Shown: piece after piece, positions 38,721 to 48,580 of the stretch
Numbering within the stretch: position 1 is the first letter of the stretch
Layout of the letters: each line of letters begins with the position of its first letter
From: an uncultured delta proteobacterium
Lineage (GTDB): Bacteria > Desulfobacterota > Binatia > UBA9968
Length of the DNA: 64,000 nt
NCBI GenBank assembly: GCA_963745035.1
Contig: CAVUVW010000014.1
Span: 192,001-256,000 of the forward strand
Reading direction: 5' to 3'
Program-made: the position numbers and the translations under genes
The notes under the pieces: generated by a model
Told to the model about the DNA's origin: nothing
Seen by the model: only the letters and a program-made list of their open reading frames with translations
Databases searched by the model: none

Positions 38721-39518
38721 TTACAGAATGCGCCGCCGCACCGCGCCGCTTACTTGCTCGACGGCGATCACCAGGGCAAAAATGGCAAGAATCGCCGTGG
38801 CGGCCTGATTGTACTGGAAAAGGTCCATGGAGACTTTGAGCTCGATGCCGATGCCGCCGGCGCCGACCAAGCCGAGAATAACCGACGAGCGCGTCGCTTT
38901 CTCGAGGCTGAAGAGCGCGCTGTTGACGAACGACGGCAGCGCCGCCGGCACCACGGCGCAGAAGATCACGTCGGCGCCGCGCGCGCCGCCGGCGCGCAGC
39001 GCTTCCTGCGGGCCGGGCTGCACCTCTTCCATCGCCTCGGCGAAAAAGCGGCCGCAAAAGCCCATCGTGTCGACCATGATCGCCAGGGTTCCGGCGAACG
39101 GCCCGAGCCCGACCGCGACGACGAACAACAGCGCCCAAACCAAGTCCGGCACGGTGCGAAAGAGCGAGATGAGTCCCCGCGCCGCGAAGTAAATTATTCG
39201 GTGCGGCGCATGAACGCGGCTGGCAAAGACGGCGAGAAAAAAGCTTCCGGCGATGCCCAGCGCGGTGCCGACAAACGCCATTTGAAAGGTTTCGAGCAGG
39301 GCGGCGGCGATGCGGTCGATGCGCTGCAAATCCGGTGGAAACATTTCCGCTACGATGCGGCGAATTTCCGGCAGGCCGTCGAGCAATTGCGCCGGCGACA
39401 GGCCGACGCTCTGCATCGAGTAGACAAAAGCCAGGAGGGTAAGCAGCAGAGCGAAAGAACCGAGACCGGGAAACTGAAAGCGCGCCGGCAGCGGCGCGGA
39501 CTCAGCTTGGCGATTCAT
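38721..39518 (-). CDS. phnE: Phosphonate ABC transporter permease
   Basis: MFPPD, LLETFQMA, RTVPDLVWAL, GLGPFAG, LGLVGAGGIG. Confidence 0.9.
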   Translation of the reverse strand: MNRQAESAPLPARFQFPGLGSFALLLTLLAFVYSMQSVGLSPAQLLDGLPEIRRIVAEMFPPDLQRIDRIAAALLETFQMAFVGTALGIAGSFFLAVFASRVHAPHRIIYFAARGLISLFRTVPDLVWALLFVVAVGLGPFAGTLAIMVDTMGFCGRFFAEAMEEVQPGPQEALRAGGARGADVIFCAVVPAALPSFVNSALFSLEKATRSSVILGLVGAGGIGIELKVSMDLFQYNQAATAILAIFALVIAVEQVSGAVRRRIL

Positions 39519-40314
39519 ACAATTCCCTGAGCGCGGCCAGGTTCTGTGATTTCGCCGGAGCGTCGAGCTGCAGCGCGCCGCCGCGCAGCGCCAGAAGCCG
39601 ATCCCCGTACTGAACGGCGTGTTGCAGATTGTGCGAGGTGAAAACGAACGTCAGGCGCGCTTTTTCCATCAAGCGCCCGAACAGCTCCATCACTTCTTCC
39701 GCCGCGCGCGGGTCGAGGCTGGCGACCGGCTCGTCGGCGATGACGATGCGCGGCTCCTGCATGAGCGCGCGGGCGATGGCGACGCGCTGGGATTGTCCGC
39801 CGGAAAGACGATCGGCCCGCCGTCCGGCGAAACTTGCCAAGCCGACCAAGTCGAGGCAGTGCATCGCTTTGGCCCTTTCGGCTCGCGGCGCCCATTGCTG
39901 AAACCAACAGCGACTGCCCATTTTTCCGAGCGAGCCGTGGAGAACGTTGGTCAAAACCGACAGACGCGGCACCAGGTTATGCTGCTGAAAGACGAAGCCG
40001 ACCTGGGCGCGGAGCGCGCGCAAATCGCGCGCGCGCAACGCCGGCAGGTCGCAACCGAACAACCGCGCGGTGCCGCTGTCGAGCGGGCTCAAACCCACGC
40101 AACAGCGCAGCAGAGTCGATTTGCCGGCGCCGTTGGCGCCGATCAGCGCCACCGCTTCTCCCGGGAAGATCTCGAAGCTGACGCCGTCGAGCACGGCAGT
40201 CTGGGCGGCAAAGCTCTTGCGCAGATTGACCGCGGCCAAATCGGCGGGGCGTGCGCGCTCGACGGCTGCCGCGCAGCCGGCCGCGACGCCGAGGGCGGTG
40301 GAGATAGCGCCCAT
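39502..40314 (-). CDS. phnC: Phosphonate ABC transporter ATP-binding protein
   Basis: GANGAGKS, FQQHNLVPRLSVLTNV, LSGGQSQRVAIARAL, ADEPVASLDP. Confidence 0.9.
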   Translation of the reverse strand: MGAISTALGVAAGCAAAVERARPADLAAVNLRKSFAAQTAVLDGVSFEIFPGEAVALIGANGAGKSTLLRCCVGLSPLDSGTARLFGCDLPALRARDLRALRAQVGFVFQQHNLVPRLSVLTNVLHGSLGKMGSRCWFQQWAPRAERAKAMHCLDLVGLASFAGRRADRLSGGQSQRVAIARALMQEPRIVIADEPVASLDPRAAEEVMELFGRLMEKARLTFVFTSHNLQHAVQYGDRLLALRGGALQLDAPAKSQNLAALRELYESPS

Positions 40315-41234
40315 TACTCGCCACCGACGAATTTGGCGTACTGCGTGTGGCCGATCGTCGCGTACATCGATCGCACGGAGTTGTAATCCCGGTCTTCGAT
40401 GCGCGTGATGAACTTCATGCCTTTGTACTTCTGCGTGTCCTTGCCGGTGAGAATCGCCTGAACCAACTCCTTGGAGTTGCTTTGAAAGCCGCCCCTGAGT
40501 TTTTCGACCAGTTTCTTGTCCACGTGGGCGCCCGCCAGCAGCGGGTCATTGGGCAGGTCCGGACCGCGGGCGATGACCTTAAAAGCCGCGGGCTCAAGCT
40601 TGTCCTTGTCGCGCAGCGTGAGGTAGTTGCTGTTGGTCATGCCGAAGGCGGCGATGTCGCCGCGTTTAAGCGCCTCCCAGCCGACGTTGGTGCCGACATG
40701 CTGCGCCTGAATATCTTTCAGCGGATCGAGGCCGGCGTCTTTGAGGAGCTGCATCGGTCCGAGGTGTTTGGAAGTCGAGCCGACGTCGCCGAAGGCGACC
40801 TTCTTTCGTTTCAAGTCCTTGATCGAAACGATGCCGTTGTCCGCCATGGCGATCAGCGCGGCGAAATAGTCGGGCCGCGAAAAGCCGACGATCGGATAGG
40901 CGTTGGTGCGGCTGCGGAAAATGATGTACTCGGCGGGGCCGGTGAGCACGACGTCGATCTTCTGCGACTTTAAAGCTTCGACCGCCGCGGTGCGATTGGC
41001 CACCGGAAAAAATTTCAAATCGATGCCCGTCGCTTCCCGCAAGGCTTTTTGAAATGCGCCGTATTCGGTTTGTAGCTCTTCCAGGCCGACGATGTCGGTC
41101 ACGGCGAAGCGCAGCTCTTGCGCGTGTGCTCCTCGCTCCGGCCAAAGCGCCAACGAGCAGATCGCCCATGCAAGAAAAATCAGCCGCGCCGTATGTGCGC
41201 GCGACTTGGAAAATCGCAGGCAAAAATATTTCAT
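40314..41234 (-). CDS. phnD: Phosphate/phosphite/phosphonate ABC substrate-binding protein
   Basis: Signal peptide; GPAEY, VAFGDVGSTSKHLGP, LPND; overlaps phnC start. Confidence 0.85.
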   Translation of the reverse strand: MKYFCLRFSKSRAHTARLIFLAWAICSLALWPERGAHAQELRFAVTDIVGLEELQTEYGAFQKALREATGIDLKFFPVANRTAAVEALKSQKIDVVLTGPAEYIIFRSRTNAYPIVGFSRPDYFAALIAMADNGIVSIKDLKRKKVAFGDVGSTSKHLGPMQLLKDAGLDPLKDIQAQHVGTNVGWEALKRGDIAAFGMTNSNYLTLRDKDKLEPAAFKVIARGPDLPNDPLLAGAHVDKKLVEKLRGGFQSNSKELVQAILTGKDTQKYKGMKFITRIEDRDYNSVRSMYATIGHTQYAKFVGGE

Positions 41235-41278
41235 AGACCCTCCCGTCGAGAACGTTTGCGCCGCATTTGATCCGACCG

Positions 41279-41318
41279 AGGTTACGCGCAGGTTACAGGT
41301 CGTCGAACATTCGGTAAC
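41279..41318 (-). promoter_or_regulatory. Pho-box-like 11-nt-period direct repeats upstream of phnD
   Basis: Minus strand GTTACC, then CTGTAACCT-GC-GCGTAACCT; half-sites 22 and 11 nt apart. Confidence 0.55.
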
Positions 41319-41378
41319 GAGGAGTTCTTGACCTGCTATACGCCAGCGCTCTCCTCACTCCTGCGGACCATGTCAGAG

Positions 41379-41484
41379 TGTCATTCTGAGGTCATTCGGC
41401 CAGGCGCAGGATAACTCCGCCGAAGAATCTGCTTTTTTGCAAGCCGTCGGAAAAGCAGATGCTTCACTTTCGCTCAGCATGACA
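41379..41484. repeat. TGTCATTCTGAG...CTCAGCATGACA palindromic repeat
   Basis: Terminal inverted arms plus internal GAAGAATCTGCTTTT/AAAAGCAGATGCTTC stem. Confidence 0.8.
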
Positions 41485-41728
41485 TTCAAGTGATTTGTAG
41501 TATTGCGACACAGTCCGAAAAGCGGCGAGGGAATTCATGCCGCTTCATCGATCCGTTATCCACAAAGCTGGCACCAGAACGTGCCAGAAATTTGCAGCAC
41601 GCGGGACTCGATTCCGGGAGGTGATTGGCCTTCGCCCCAGCATGGCACTGCAGAGAACAGCGTCGGGGCGGCGGATGAACTAAAGAAGCTGGGAGATTTC
41701 GGCGCGCGGTTCTCTTGCGCCGGCGCGA

Positions 41729-42013
41729 TCACTCGGCGAGCAACTTTCGGATCTCGCGCAGTTCTTTTTGCTGCGCGGCGCTCAAGCGGGGATATTCAAT
41801 CTTCAAGTCTTGCAGTGCGTCCAGGACGACTTGCGAGATGATCAACGGGCGTTGGCTTTATCGTCGGCCGGGACGACGTACCACGGCGACTCGCGCGTGC
41901 TGGTGGCGCTCAGGCACGCCGCATAGGCCTTCATGTATTCCTTCCAGTGCTTGCGTTCTTCGACATCGGACGCGAAAATCTTTGCCGTCGACGGCGCCGC
42001 TGCGCTGGCTCAT
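41729..42013 (-). pseudogene. ppk2: Polyphosphate kinase 2 family gene with a large internal deletion
   Basis: [15 protein letters not shown] joined to [16 protein letters not shown]...[20 protein letters not shown] / [11 protein letters not shown]...YP; ATGA overlap with the upstream gene. Confidence 0.75.
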
Positions 42014-42667
42014 AAGCGGAAGTCTTCCAAAATCGGTTGGGCTTCGGTCGGGACGCCGGCTGCCGGTTGCTTTAAGCGGCGTTGCTTCGGCAGCGGCGCG
42101 GAGAGCGCGGCGGCTTCCATATAACTCAGCTCCCTCGCTTCCCGCACGCAGCGCAGCAGCAAGCCGCCGCGGCTCATGTCGCCGCGGCCGATGAATTCTT
42201 CCGGAACGCGCAGCCGCCTGCCGAAAATCGGTCGCCAGGATATCCAGATATTTCCCGGTCGCAAGGCTGCCGAGGAGAACGATTTCGCAATCTTCTCCCG
42301 TTTGCGCGGCGAGCTTCTTGGCGCTGCGTCGAAGCGCGGTGCAGTAGGGCTTGTTTTTGACATGAATGCGGCCGCGGCTGTAGCCGCGCAGCCCGGCGAG
42401 TCGAATCACCCTGTCGTGCGGGACGAGACCGGCGGTCGGTGTGATCAGCCAGACCCCGGGGCAGCCGGACGGCGGCGCGGCGAAGGCGAGGGCGTAGGCG
42501 AGCTTGCCGCGAAAATAGAGCGCGCTCAAAAAACTGAATACTTCGCCCAACGGCGCGCCGCCGGCGCGCAGGCGTTGCGCCAGCTCAGACCGGCTGGTTT
42601 TCTTGAGCACCCAGCGGGCGCGCAGGCCGTTGCAATCCGCCGGCGACAGCACGAAGACCCGCTTCAT
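42010..42667 (-). CDS. Hypothetical protein coupled to polX, apparent frameshift near 42230
   Basis: MKRVFVLSPA, LGEVFSFLSALYFRGKLAYA, VLLGSLATGKY then FIGRGDMSRGGLLLRC; start overlaps polX stop. Confidence 0.7.
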
Positions 42668-44382
42668 GGATGAACGGTCCGCATGAATGCTTCGGTATCG
42701 AGGGTGTTTAGTATTTCGCCGGGGCTGAGCCAACCGCGCCGCGCCATGGCCACGCCGAACGGCAGATAACCCAACCCGGCAATCGAATGGGCGTCGGTGG
42801 AGACGATGAACTTGATCTCGCGCTCCCGCGCCGCGCGAACCCAGCGCGGCTCGAGATCGAGGCGGCGCGGATCGCCGTTGATTTCGATGGCGCAGCGACT
42901 TTCGGCGACGGCGTCGAGGATTTCCTCCATGTGGCACTCGAACGGCGGCCGCGATTGCAGCATGCGCCCCAGCGGATGGCCCCAAATTTTAAACAGCGGC
43001 AGGGAAAGCGCGCGCCGCAGACGCGCGGTCATCTGCCCGGCGTCCATCTTGTGGCGCGAGTGGATGCTCGCGATGATGATATCGAATTTTTCCAAAATAT
43101 AGTCCGGATAGTCGAGGGAACCGTCGGCGAGGATGTCCGACTCGGTGCCTTTCAAAAGCTTGATCTGCACGCCTTCCTGCACCCGCTCGATCTCATCCCA
43201 CTGCGCGCGCAGGCGATCGATGTTAACGCCGCGCGCATAAAAGGCGCTCGGCGAGTGATCGGTGATCGTCAGATAAGCCATGCCCATGGCCTCGGCTGCG
43301 CGCGCCATCTCTTCGATGGTGTTGCGGCCGTCGGAATAGATCGTGTGGCAGTGGGTCATGCCGCGCAGGTCCTTTTCGCTTACGAGCCGCGGCAGCCTGC
43401 CCGCTTGAGCGGCCTCGATTTCGCCTTGGTCTTCGCGCAGCTCCGGCGCAATCGGCGGAAGCCCCGCCCGGCGATAGATTTCGTCCTCGTTTTTGACGTG
43501 CGCTTCGGTGCGGGAGCGCCCCTGCGCGCCGTGGCCGGTTTGGTGGGCCTGCGCCAGCGCATGCAGTCTCGCGATATGGCGCGACGAGCCCGTGTGGGTG
43601 TGAAGAGCGACGACATGCTCCTCGGGCATCACGATCACAAGCTCGGCGGCCAAACCGCACGCCAGTCGCGCAACGCAGCGTGTGTCTTCAAGCGTTTCCG
43701 CGCGCGCGAGCGCGGGGTAGGCGAGGAACCGATCGAGCACGGCGCGGGGCTGAACGCTCGCGGCAACGACGCGGATCTGCCGGACGGTTTCGTGGCGGCG
43801 CCGGAGTGCTCCGGCGACATCGGCTTTGACGAGTTCCGGACAACCGCGCAGGTATGCAATCAGCCGCTCGGCCTCTTCGAGCGCGCCGTTCAGCAAAAAG
43901 ACGCCGTCTTTCAGTTGCTCGATCTTATCATCGAGCTTATCGATGTCCGCGAGCAGCTTCGCCTGGGACTTCACGCCGAAGCCTTTCACCTTGCCAACAA
44001 GCCCCGCCTGACACGCCGCTCTCAGGCCGGCGACGCTGTCGATCTGTAAAGCGTCATGGAGAACGGCGATTTTCTTGAGGCTTAGCCCGGGCACAGCGCT
44101 CAACTCGAGCGCGCCCGGCGGCAGCTCGCCGCGGAGTTGATCGAGCAGCCGGCATTCGTCCGTCAGATAGATTTCTTCAATGATCGCTGCCAGCGCGCTG
44201 CCGATCCCCGGGATTTGCCGCAGGCGTTGAGCTTTTACCAGCGCACTCAAATCGCCTTCGAGGTTTTCCAGCGCGGCCGCGCCGCGCTCATATGCCTGGG
44301 CCTTGAACGGATTTTCGCCTTTGATTTTCAGCAGGCCGGCGATCATGCGGAGATCGCCGGCAATTTCGAATCTATCCTTCAC
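42664..44382 (-). CDS. polX: PolX-PHP (DNA polymerase/3'-5' exonuclease) with degenerate polymerase site
   Basis: GENPFKAQAY, IPGIG, APELRED; PHP motifs HCHT, TDHS, GTESDI, GHP, STDAH. Confidence 0.9.
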   Translation of the reverse strand: MKDRFEIAGDLRMIAGLLKIKGENPFKAQAYERGAAALENLEGDLSALVKAQRLRQIPGIGSALAAIIEEIYLTDECRLLDQLRGELPPGALELSAVPGLSLKKIAVLHDALQIDSVAGLRAACQAGLVGKVKGFGVKSQAKLLADIDKLDDKIEQLKDGVFLLNGALEEAERLIAYLRGCPELVKADVAGALRRRHETVRQIRVVAASVQPRAVLDRFLAYPALARAETLEDTRCVARLACGLAAELVIVMPEEHVVALHTHTGSSRHIARLHALAQAHQTGHGAQGRSRTEAHVKNEDEIYRRAGLPPIAPELREDQGEIEAAQAGRLPRLVSEKDLRGMTHCHTIYSDGRNTIEEMARAAEAMGMAYLTITDHSPSAFYARGVNIDRLRAQWDEIERVQEGVQIKLLKGTESDILADGSLDYPDYILEKFDIIIASIHSRHKMDAGQMTARLRRALSLPLFKIWGHPLGRMLQSRPPFECHMEEILDAVAESRCAIEINGDPRRLDLEPRWVRAAREREIKFIVSTDAHSIAGLGYLPFGVAMARRGWLSPGEILNTLDTEAFMRTVHP

Positions 44383-44681
44383 GATACGTCCTCTTCGGCG
44401 CCCGCGGAACGAGCGTCCCATAAACGGGTGCGATCAGTCTATAACTACCGGCTACGATCTCAAGCGTCGAACGAGCGCTCCGGAAAGAGTGGCGCAATGC
44501 TTCGTTTGACGCTAAAGAAAGTCAGGCGGGCGATGCGCGATCAGAAGTAAAAACGTAACGAGGGAGCGAAAACGGCGAGACCGTGCTTAGCGGAGATTTT
44601 GGAGAATCTCGAATTCAAAAGTAAACAAGCTTTGGGCTGATTAAGATTCGCTTCGCGCGGCAGAAACAATTGCCCGAGCGG

Positions 44682-44852
44682 TCAGGCGTCCCACCGGGCG
44701 CGCACCCAAAACCCCGCGAGGACCGCGGTGGTTCCGATTGCCGCAAGCATCCATTCGATGCCATAACGAGGGAGGTAGTACGCCTCGAGCAGACCAAGGG
44801 CGTAAAGCGCGAGGATCATCGAGGCGCGTCGGATCCGTCTTCGCCATTTCAT
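44682..44852 (-). CDS. Small putative membrane protein (56 aa)
   Basis: MKWRRRIRRASMILALYALGLLEAYYLPRYGIEWMLAAIGTTAVLAGFWVRARWDA; basic N-terminus and two hydrophobic segments; below the ORF-track cutoff. Confidence 0.5.
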   Translation of the reverse strand: MKWRRRIRRASMILALYALGLLEAYYLPRYGIEWMLAAIGTTAVLAGFWVRARWDA

Positions 44853-45187
44853 GCCACTGCGTAAGGCATAAACCGTACCACGTTCAAGATGAGGAATTTA
44901 TGCCACAGGGAGGCGGTTCTCACGACAGAACATGACAGAGTGTCGGCCAAATTGTTTGAACTCTGACGATATTGTCTCTCCGACGAAAAATGGCCAAGCT
45001 ACCGACAATGCGCGACCGTGCGCGATCAAGGTTGTACCTCGCCGCCGAGCTAAAGCCGCGACGGTCGGATCCGGAATAAAGCGGGAGTAGGTGGGCCTTT
45101 CTAGGAAAAAGCCATTGGTTGAGTAATACCCAACCAACCAATCGATGCGGCGAGGGTGCAGGCGTAGCCTAACGAGAGGAGCAATTC

Positions 45188-46567
45188 ATGACGGCACATT
45201 TTGACGCGATAGTGATCGGCACCGGACAGGCTGGGCCGGCTCTGGCGGCGCGCCTTGCGGAAGCGGGAATGAAAGTCGCCGTGATCGAACGCAACCGCTT
45301 CGGCGGCACGTGCGTCAATACCGGCTGCATTCCCACGAAAACTTTGGTGGCGAGCGCTTATGCGGCGCAGCTCGCGCGCCGCGGCGCCGAGTACGGCGTG
45401 GCCATCGGCGGCTCGGTGCAGGTCGATATGAAGCGGGTGAAGGCGCGCAAGGACGAAATCGCCGGCCGCTCGATGCAAGGCGTGGAGAATTGGGTGCGCG
45501 GCCTCAAAAACGGCGCCGTCTACCACGGACACGCGCGCTTTGAGGGGCCGCGCGCCGTGCGCGTCAACGGCGAGCTGCTCGAAGCCGATAAGATCTTCAT
45601 CAACGTCGGCGGGCGGGCGTTGGTGCCGCCGATGCCCGGCTTGGATCAGGCGCGCTATCTCACCAATTCAAGCATGATGGACGTGGACTTTCTGCCGGAG
45701 CACCTGATTATCGTCGGCGGCAGCTATATCGGCCTTGAATTCGGTCAGATGTACCGGCGCTTCGGTTCGAAAGTGACGATCGTCGAGATGGGCGAGCGCT
45801 TGATCGCACGCGAGGACTCGGACGTTTCTCAGGCGGTGAAAGAAATTCTCGAAGCCGAAGGCATCGAGGTGCGTCTGAATGCCAAATGTATTTCGGTTCG
45901 CAAAGCCGATACTGGCGTCATCGTCGGGTTGGATTGCGCCGACGACAATCGCCAAGCCCAGGGCTCTCATTTGTTGCTCGCCGTCGGCCGCGTGCCGAAC
46001 ACCGACGACTTGGGATTGGATAAAGCCGGCGTGGAGACAGATAAAGCCGGTTATATCAAAGTTGATGATCAGCTACGGACCAGCGTTCCCGGCATTTGGG
46101 CGCTCGGCGATTGCAACGGCAAGGGCGCTTTTACTCATACTTCATACAACGACTTTGAAATCGTTGCGGCCAATATTCTCGACAACGATCCACGCAAGGT
46201 GTCGGATCGGATCATGGCTTATGGCCTATTCATCGATCCGCCGCTGGGCCGCGCCGGCATGACCGCAGCGCAAGTAAAAGCGTCGGGTCGTAAGGCGCTG
46301 GTCGGCACACGACCGATGACGCGGGTGGGGCGCGCTGTGGAAAAGGGTGAGACTCAGGGGTTCATGAAGGTGATCGTCGATGCCGAGAGCAAGGAAATTC
46401 TTGGTGCGGCTATTCTTGGCGTTACCGGCGACGAAGTGATTCACTCCCTGCTCGATGTGATGTATGCCAAAGCGCCATACACGACGATCAGCCGCGCGAT
46501 GCATATTCATCCCACGGTATCGGAACTCGTGCCGACGCTCCTGCAAGACCTGAAGCCGCTCGAGTGA
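45188..46567 (+). CDS. Pyridine nucleotide-disulfide oxidoreductase (MerA/RclA-like, no C-terminal Cys pair)
   Basis: IGTGQAG, GGTCVNTGCIPTK, GGSYIGLE, ALGD, HPTVSE. Confidence 0.88.
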   Translation: MTAHFDAIVIGTGQAGPALAARLAEAGMKVAVIERNRFGGTCVNTGCIPTKTLVASAYAAQLARRGAEYGVAIGGSVQVDMKRVKARKDEIAGRSMQGVENWVRGLKNGAVYHGHARFEGPRAVRVNGELLEADKIFINVGGRALVPPMPGLDQARYLTNSSMMDVDFLPEHLIIVGGSYIGLEFGQMYRRFGSKVTIVEMGERLIAREDSDVSQAVKEILEAEGIEVRLNAKCISVRKADTGVIVGLDCADDNRQAQGSHLLLAVGRVPNTDDLGLDKAGVETDKAGYIKVDDQLRTSVPGIWALGDCNGKGAFTHTSYNDFEIVAANILDNDPRKVSDRIMAYGLFIDPPLGRAGMTAAQVKASGRKALVGTRPMTRVGRAVEKGETQGFMKVIVDAESKEILGAAILGVTGDEVIHSLLDVMYAKAPYTTISRAMHIHPTVSELVPTLLQDLKPLE

Positions 46568-46815
46568 AATTCGGGTTTCATGACAGCGGCTGCTACGGCG
46601 GCGAGATGTTTCGCGAACAAAACCCCGCAGTATCCCTCGCAACCACTCGCTTTCCTAACTCGCAACCCGCTCGCGACAACCGTCCTCCAGCTTCGCTCAC
46701 AAGCGGCTGCAAAGACTCGTGCAAATTGACTCCAACTAAGAAACGTTGATATGCCTTCCGGACAGCGGCGTTGCGGCCGAATGCTTAATGCTCTATCCAC
46801 TGTTCGGAGGTGAAC

Positions 46816-48495
46816 ATGGCGCGAGTGACGGGAAGCCATCTGATCTGCAAAGCGCTCAAGCTCGAAGGCGTAAAAAATATCTTCGGCTTGGCCGGCGATC
46901 ATATTTTGCCGGTGCTCGACGTGATGGCGGATCAGGACTTCCGCATCATCGATACCCGTCATGAACAAGCCGCCGTGCACATGGCGGATGCATGGAGCCG
47001 CATCACCGAGCAGCCCGGCGTGTGCATGTACACCACGCCTGGATTCGCCAACGCCATTCCCGGCCTGACCAACGCCATGCATACCGAAGGACCGGTCATC
47101 TCGATCGCGGGCTGCGGCGATACCCACGACTTGGGGCGCGGCGCGCAGCAGGAAATCGACCAGGTCGGCATGGCCGCGCCCATGTGCAAAGGCTCGTTCA
47201 TGGTGCACGACGTGCGCAGAATTCCCGAGTTTATTGCGCGCGCGATGCGTTTGGCATTTAGCGGACGGCGTGGGCCGGTGCACCTGACGATACCGGTCGA
47301 CGTGCAGGAGCAGAGCGTCGAAGAAAATGAAATCGTCTTCACTCAACCCGCCGCCTATCGCGCTAAAGAGACCGTTCTCGCCAATCCCGAACTGGTGCGC
47401 CAGGCAATCGCGCTGCTGAACAAAGCACAAAAACCGCTGGTCATCGCCGGCAGCGCCGCGGGTTATACTTTGGACGGCTCGGCCATGCAGCGCTTCGTCG
47501 AAACCACGCGCCTGCCGGTGGTGACCGAAGAGCAATCGCGCGGCCTCATCTCCGACGATCATCCTTATGCGTTTGGCTATTTCGAGCGCGGCTTGAATCG
47601 CGCCGCGGGCAAGCTGCGTGACGCCGATGCGGTCCTGCTGCTCGGCCGCAAGCAAGACTTCGTCATCGGCTTTTGCCGGCCGCCGCATGTTGCGGCGAAC
47701 GCCAAGATTATCCAGATCGATCCTTCGCCGCTCGAGATCGGCCGGAGCCGCGGCGTCGACGTCGGCATGGTCGGCGACGTGACGAGCGTCTTGGAGCAGA
47801 TGACCAAGGAAGCGCAGAATCATCAGTGGAAAGACCTGCCGTGGTTGGACGAGCTGCGTGCGGTGCGCGCGGCGCAGGCGGAATGGGCGGAAAATCTCGC
47901 GCGGCCGCAAACGCCGATGCATGCTCTGTTCGTTCACAAGACGCTCAAATCTTTGCTCCGGCCCGACGATTGCCTGGTTTTCGACGGCGGTGACTTCTGC
48001 CACTTCGGACGATCGTTTCTGCCGGCGCTCAAGCCGAAACACTGGTTCAACGTGTCCAGTTTGGGCATGTTGGGTTCTTCCCTGCCGACCGCCCTGGCGG
48101 CCAAGGTAGCTTATCCCGATTCACGCGTATTCATGCTGAGCGGCGACGGCGCCTTCGGTTTCAACGGCATGGAGTTCGATACCGCCGTGCGCCACAAGCT
48201 CAATCTCGTCGCCCTCATCGGCAACGACTCCGCCTGGGGCATCGACCGGCAGATTCAATTGGGCTTATACGGCCGCGCCGTCGCCACCGACTTGCTGCAG
48301 ACGCGCTACGATCAGATGGTGCAAGGCTTGGGCGGATACGGCGAATTTGTCGAACGGCCCGACGACTTAAAGCCTGCGCTGGAGCGAGCGCTGGCGTCCA
48401 ATAAGCCCGCGCTCCTGAACGTTGCCGTCCAGCGCGCCATCAGCCCGCGCGCTGAGGCCGCCATCGGCCGGCGCAAAGCGGCGGCGCAGAAGTAG
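46816..48495 (+). CDS. Thiamine pyrophosphate-dependent enzyme (acetolactate synthase / 2-hydroxyacyl-CoA lyase-like)
   Basis: RHEQAA, GPVHLTIP, GDGAFGFNGMEFDT...N. Confidence 0.9.
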   Translation: MARVTGSHLICKALKLEGVKNIFGLAGDHILPVLDVMADQDFRIIDTRHEQAAVHMADAWSRITEQPGVCMYTTPGFANAIPGLTNAMHTEGPVISIAGCGDTHDLGRGAQQEIDQVGMAAPMCKGSFMVHDVRRIPEFIARAMRLAFSGRRGPVHLTIPVDVQEQSVEENEIVFTQPAAYRAKETVLANPELVRQAIALLNKAQKPLVIAGSAAGYTLDGSAMQRFVETTRLPVVTEEQSRGLISDDHPYAFGYFERGLNRAAGKLRDADAVLLLGRKQDFVIGFCRPPHVAANAKIIQIDPSPLEIGRSRGVDVGMVGDVTSVLEQMTKEAQNHQWKDLPWLDELRAVRAAQAEWAENLARPQTPMHALFVHKTLKSLLRPDDCLVFDGGDFCHFGRSFLPALKPKHWFNVSSLGMLGSSLPTALAAKVAYPDSRVFMLSGDGAFGFNGMEFDTAVRHKLNLVALIGNDSAWGIDRQIQLGLYGRAVATDLLQTRYDQMVQGLGGYGEFVERPDDLKPALERALASNKPALLNVAVQRAISPRAEAAIGRRKAAAQK

Positions 48496-48580
48496 CTCGA
48501 ACGACTTCGAGCTCTCACATCGTTGATTCGACACCTTCGCGGCATAGTCTCCGTTCGGAGACTGGAAACGGGGAGGCTCC

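Noticed and set aside
45188-46567. Mercuric reductase merA
   Set aside because: No C-terminal Cys-Cys pair, no N-terminal metal-binding domain and no mer operon genes.
42787-48042. Long antisense ORFs (42787-44049, 46507-48042 and similar ones elsewhere)
   Set aside because: Expected stop-poor shadow frames of high-GC genes with clear motifs on the other strand.
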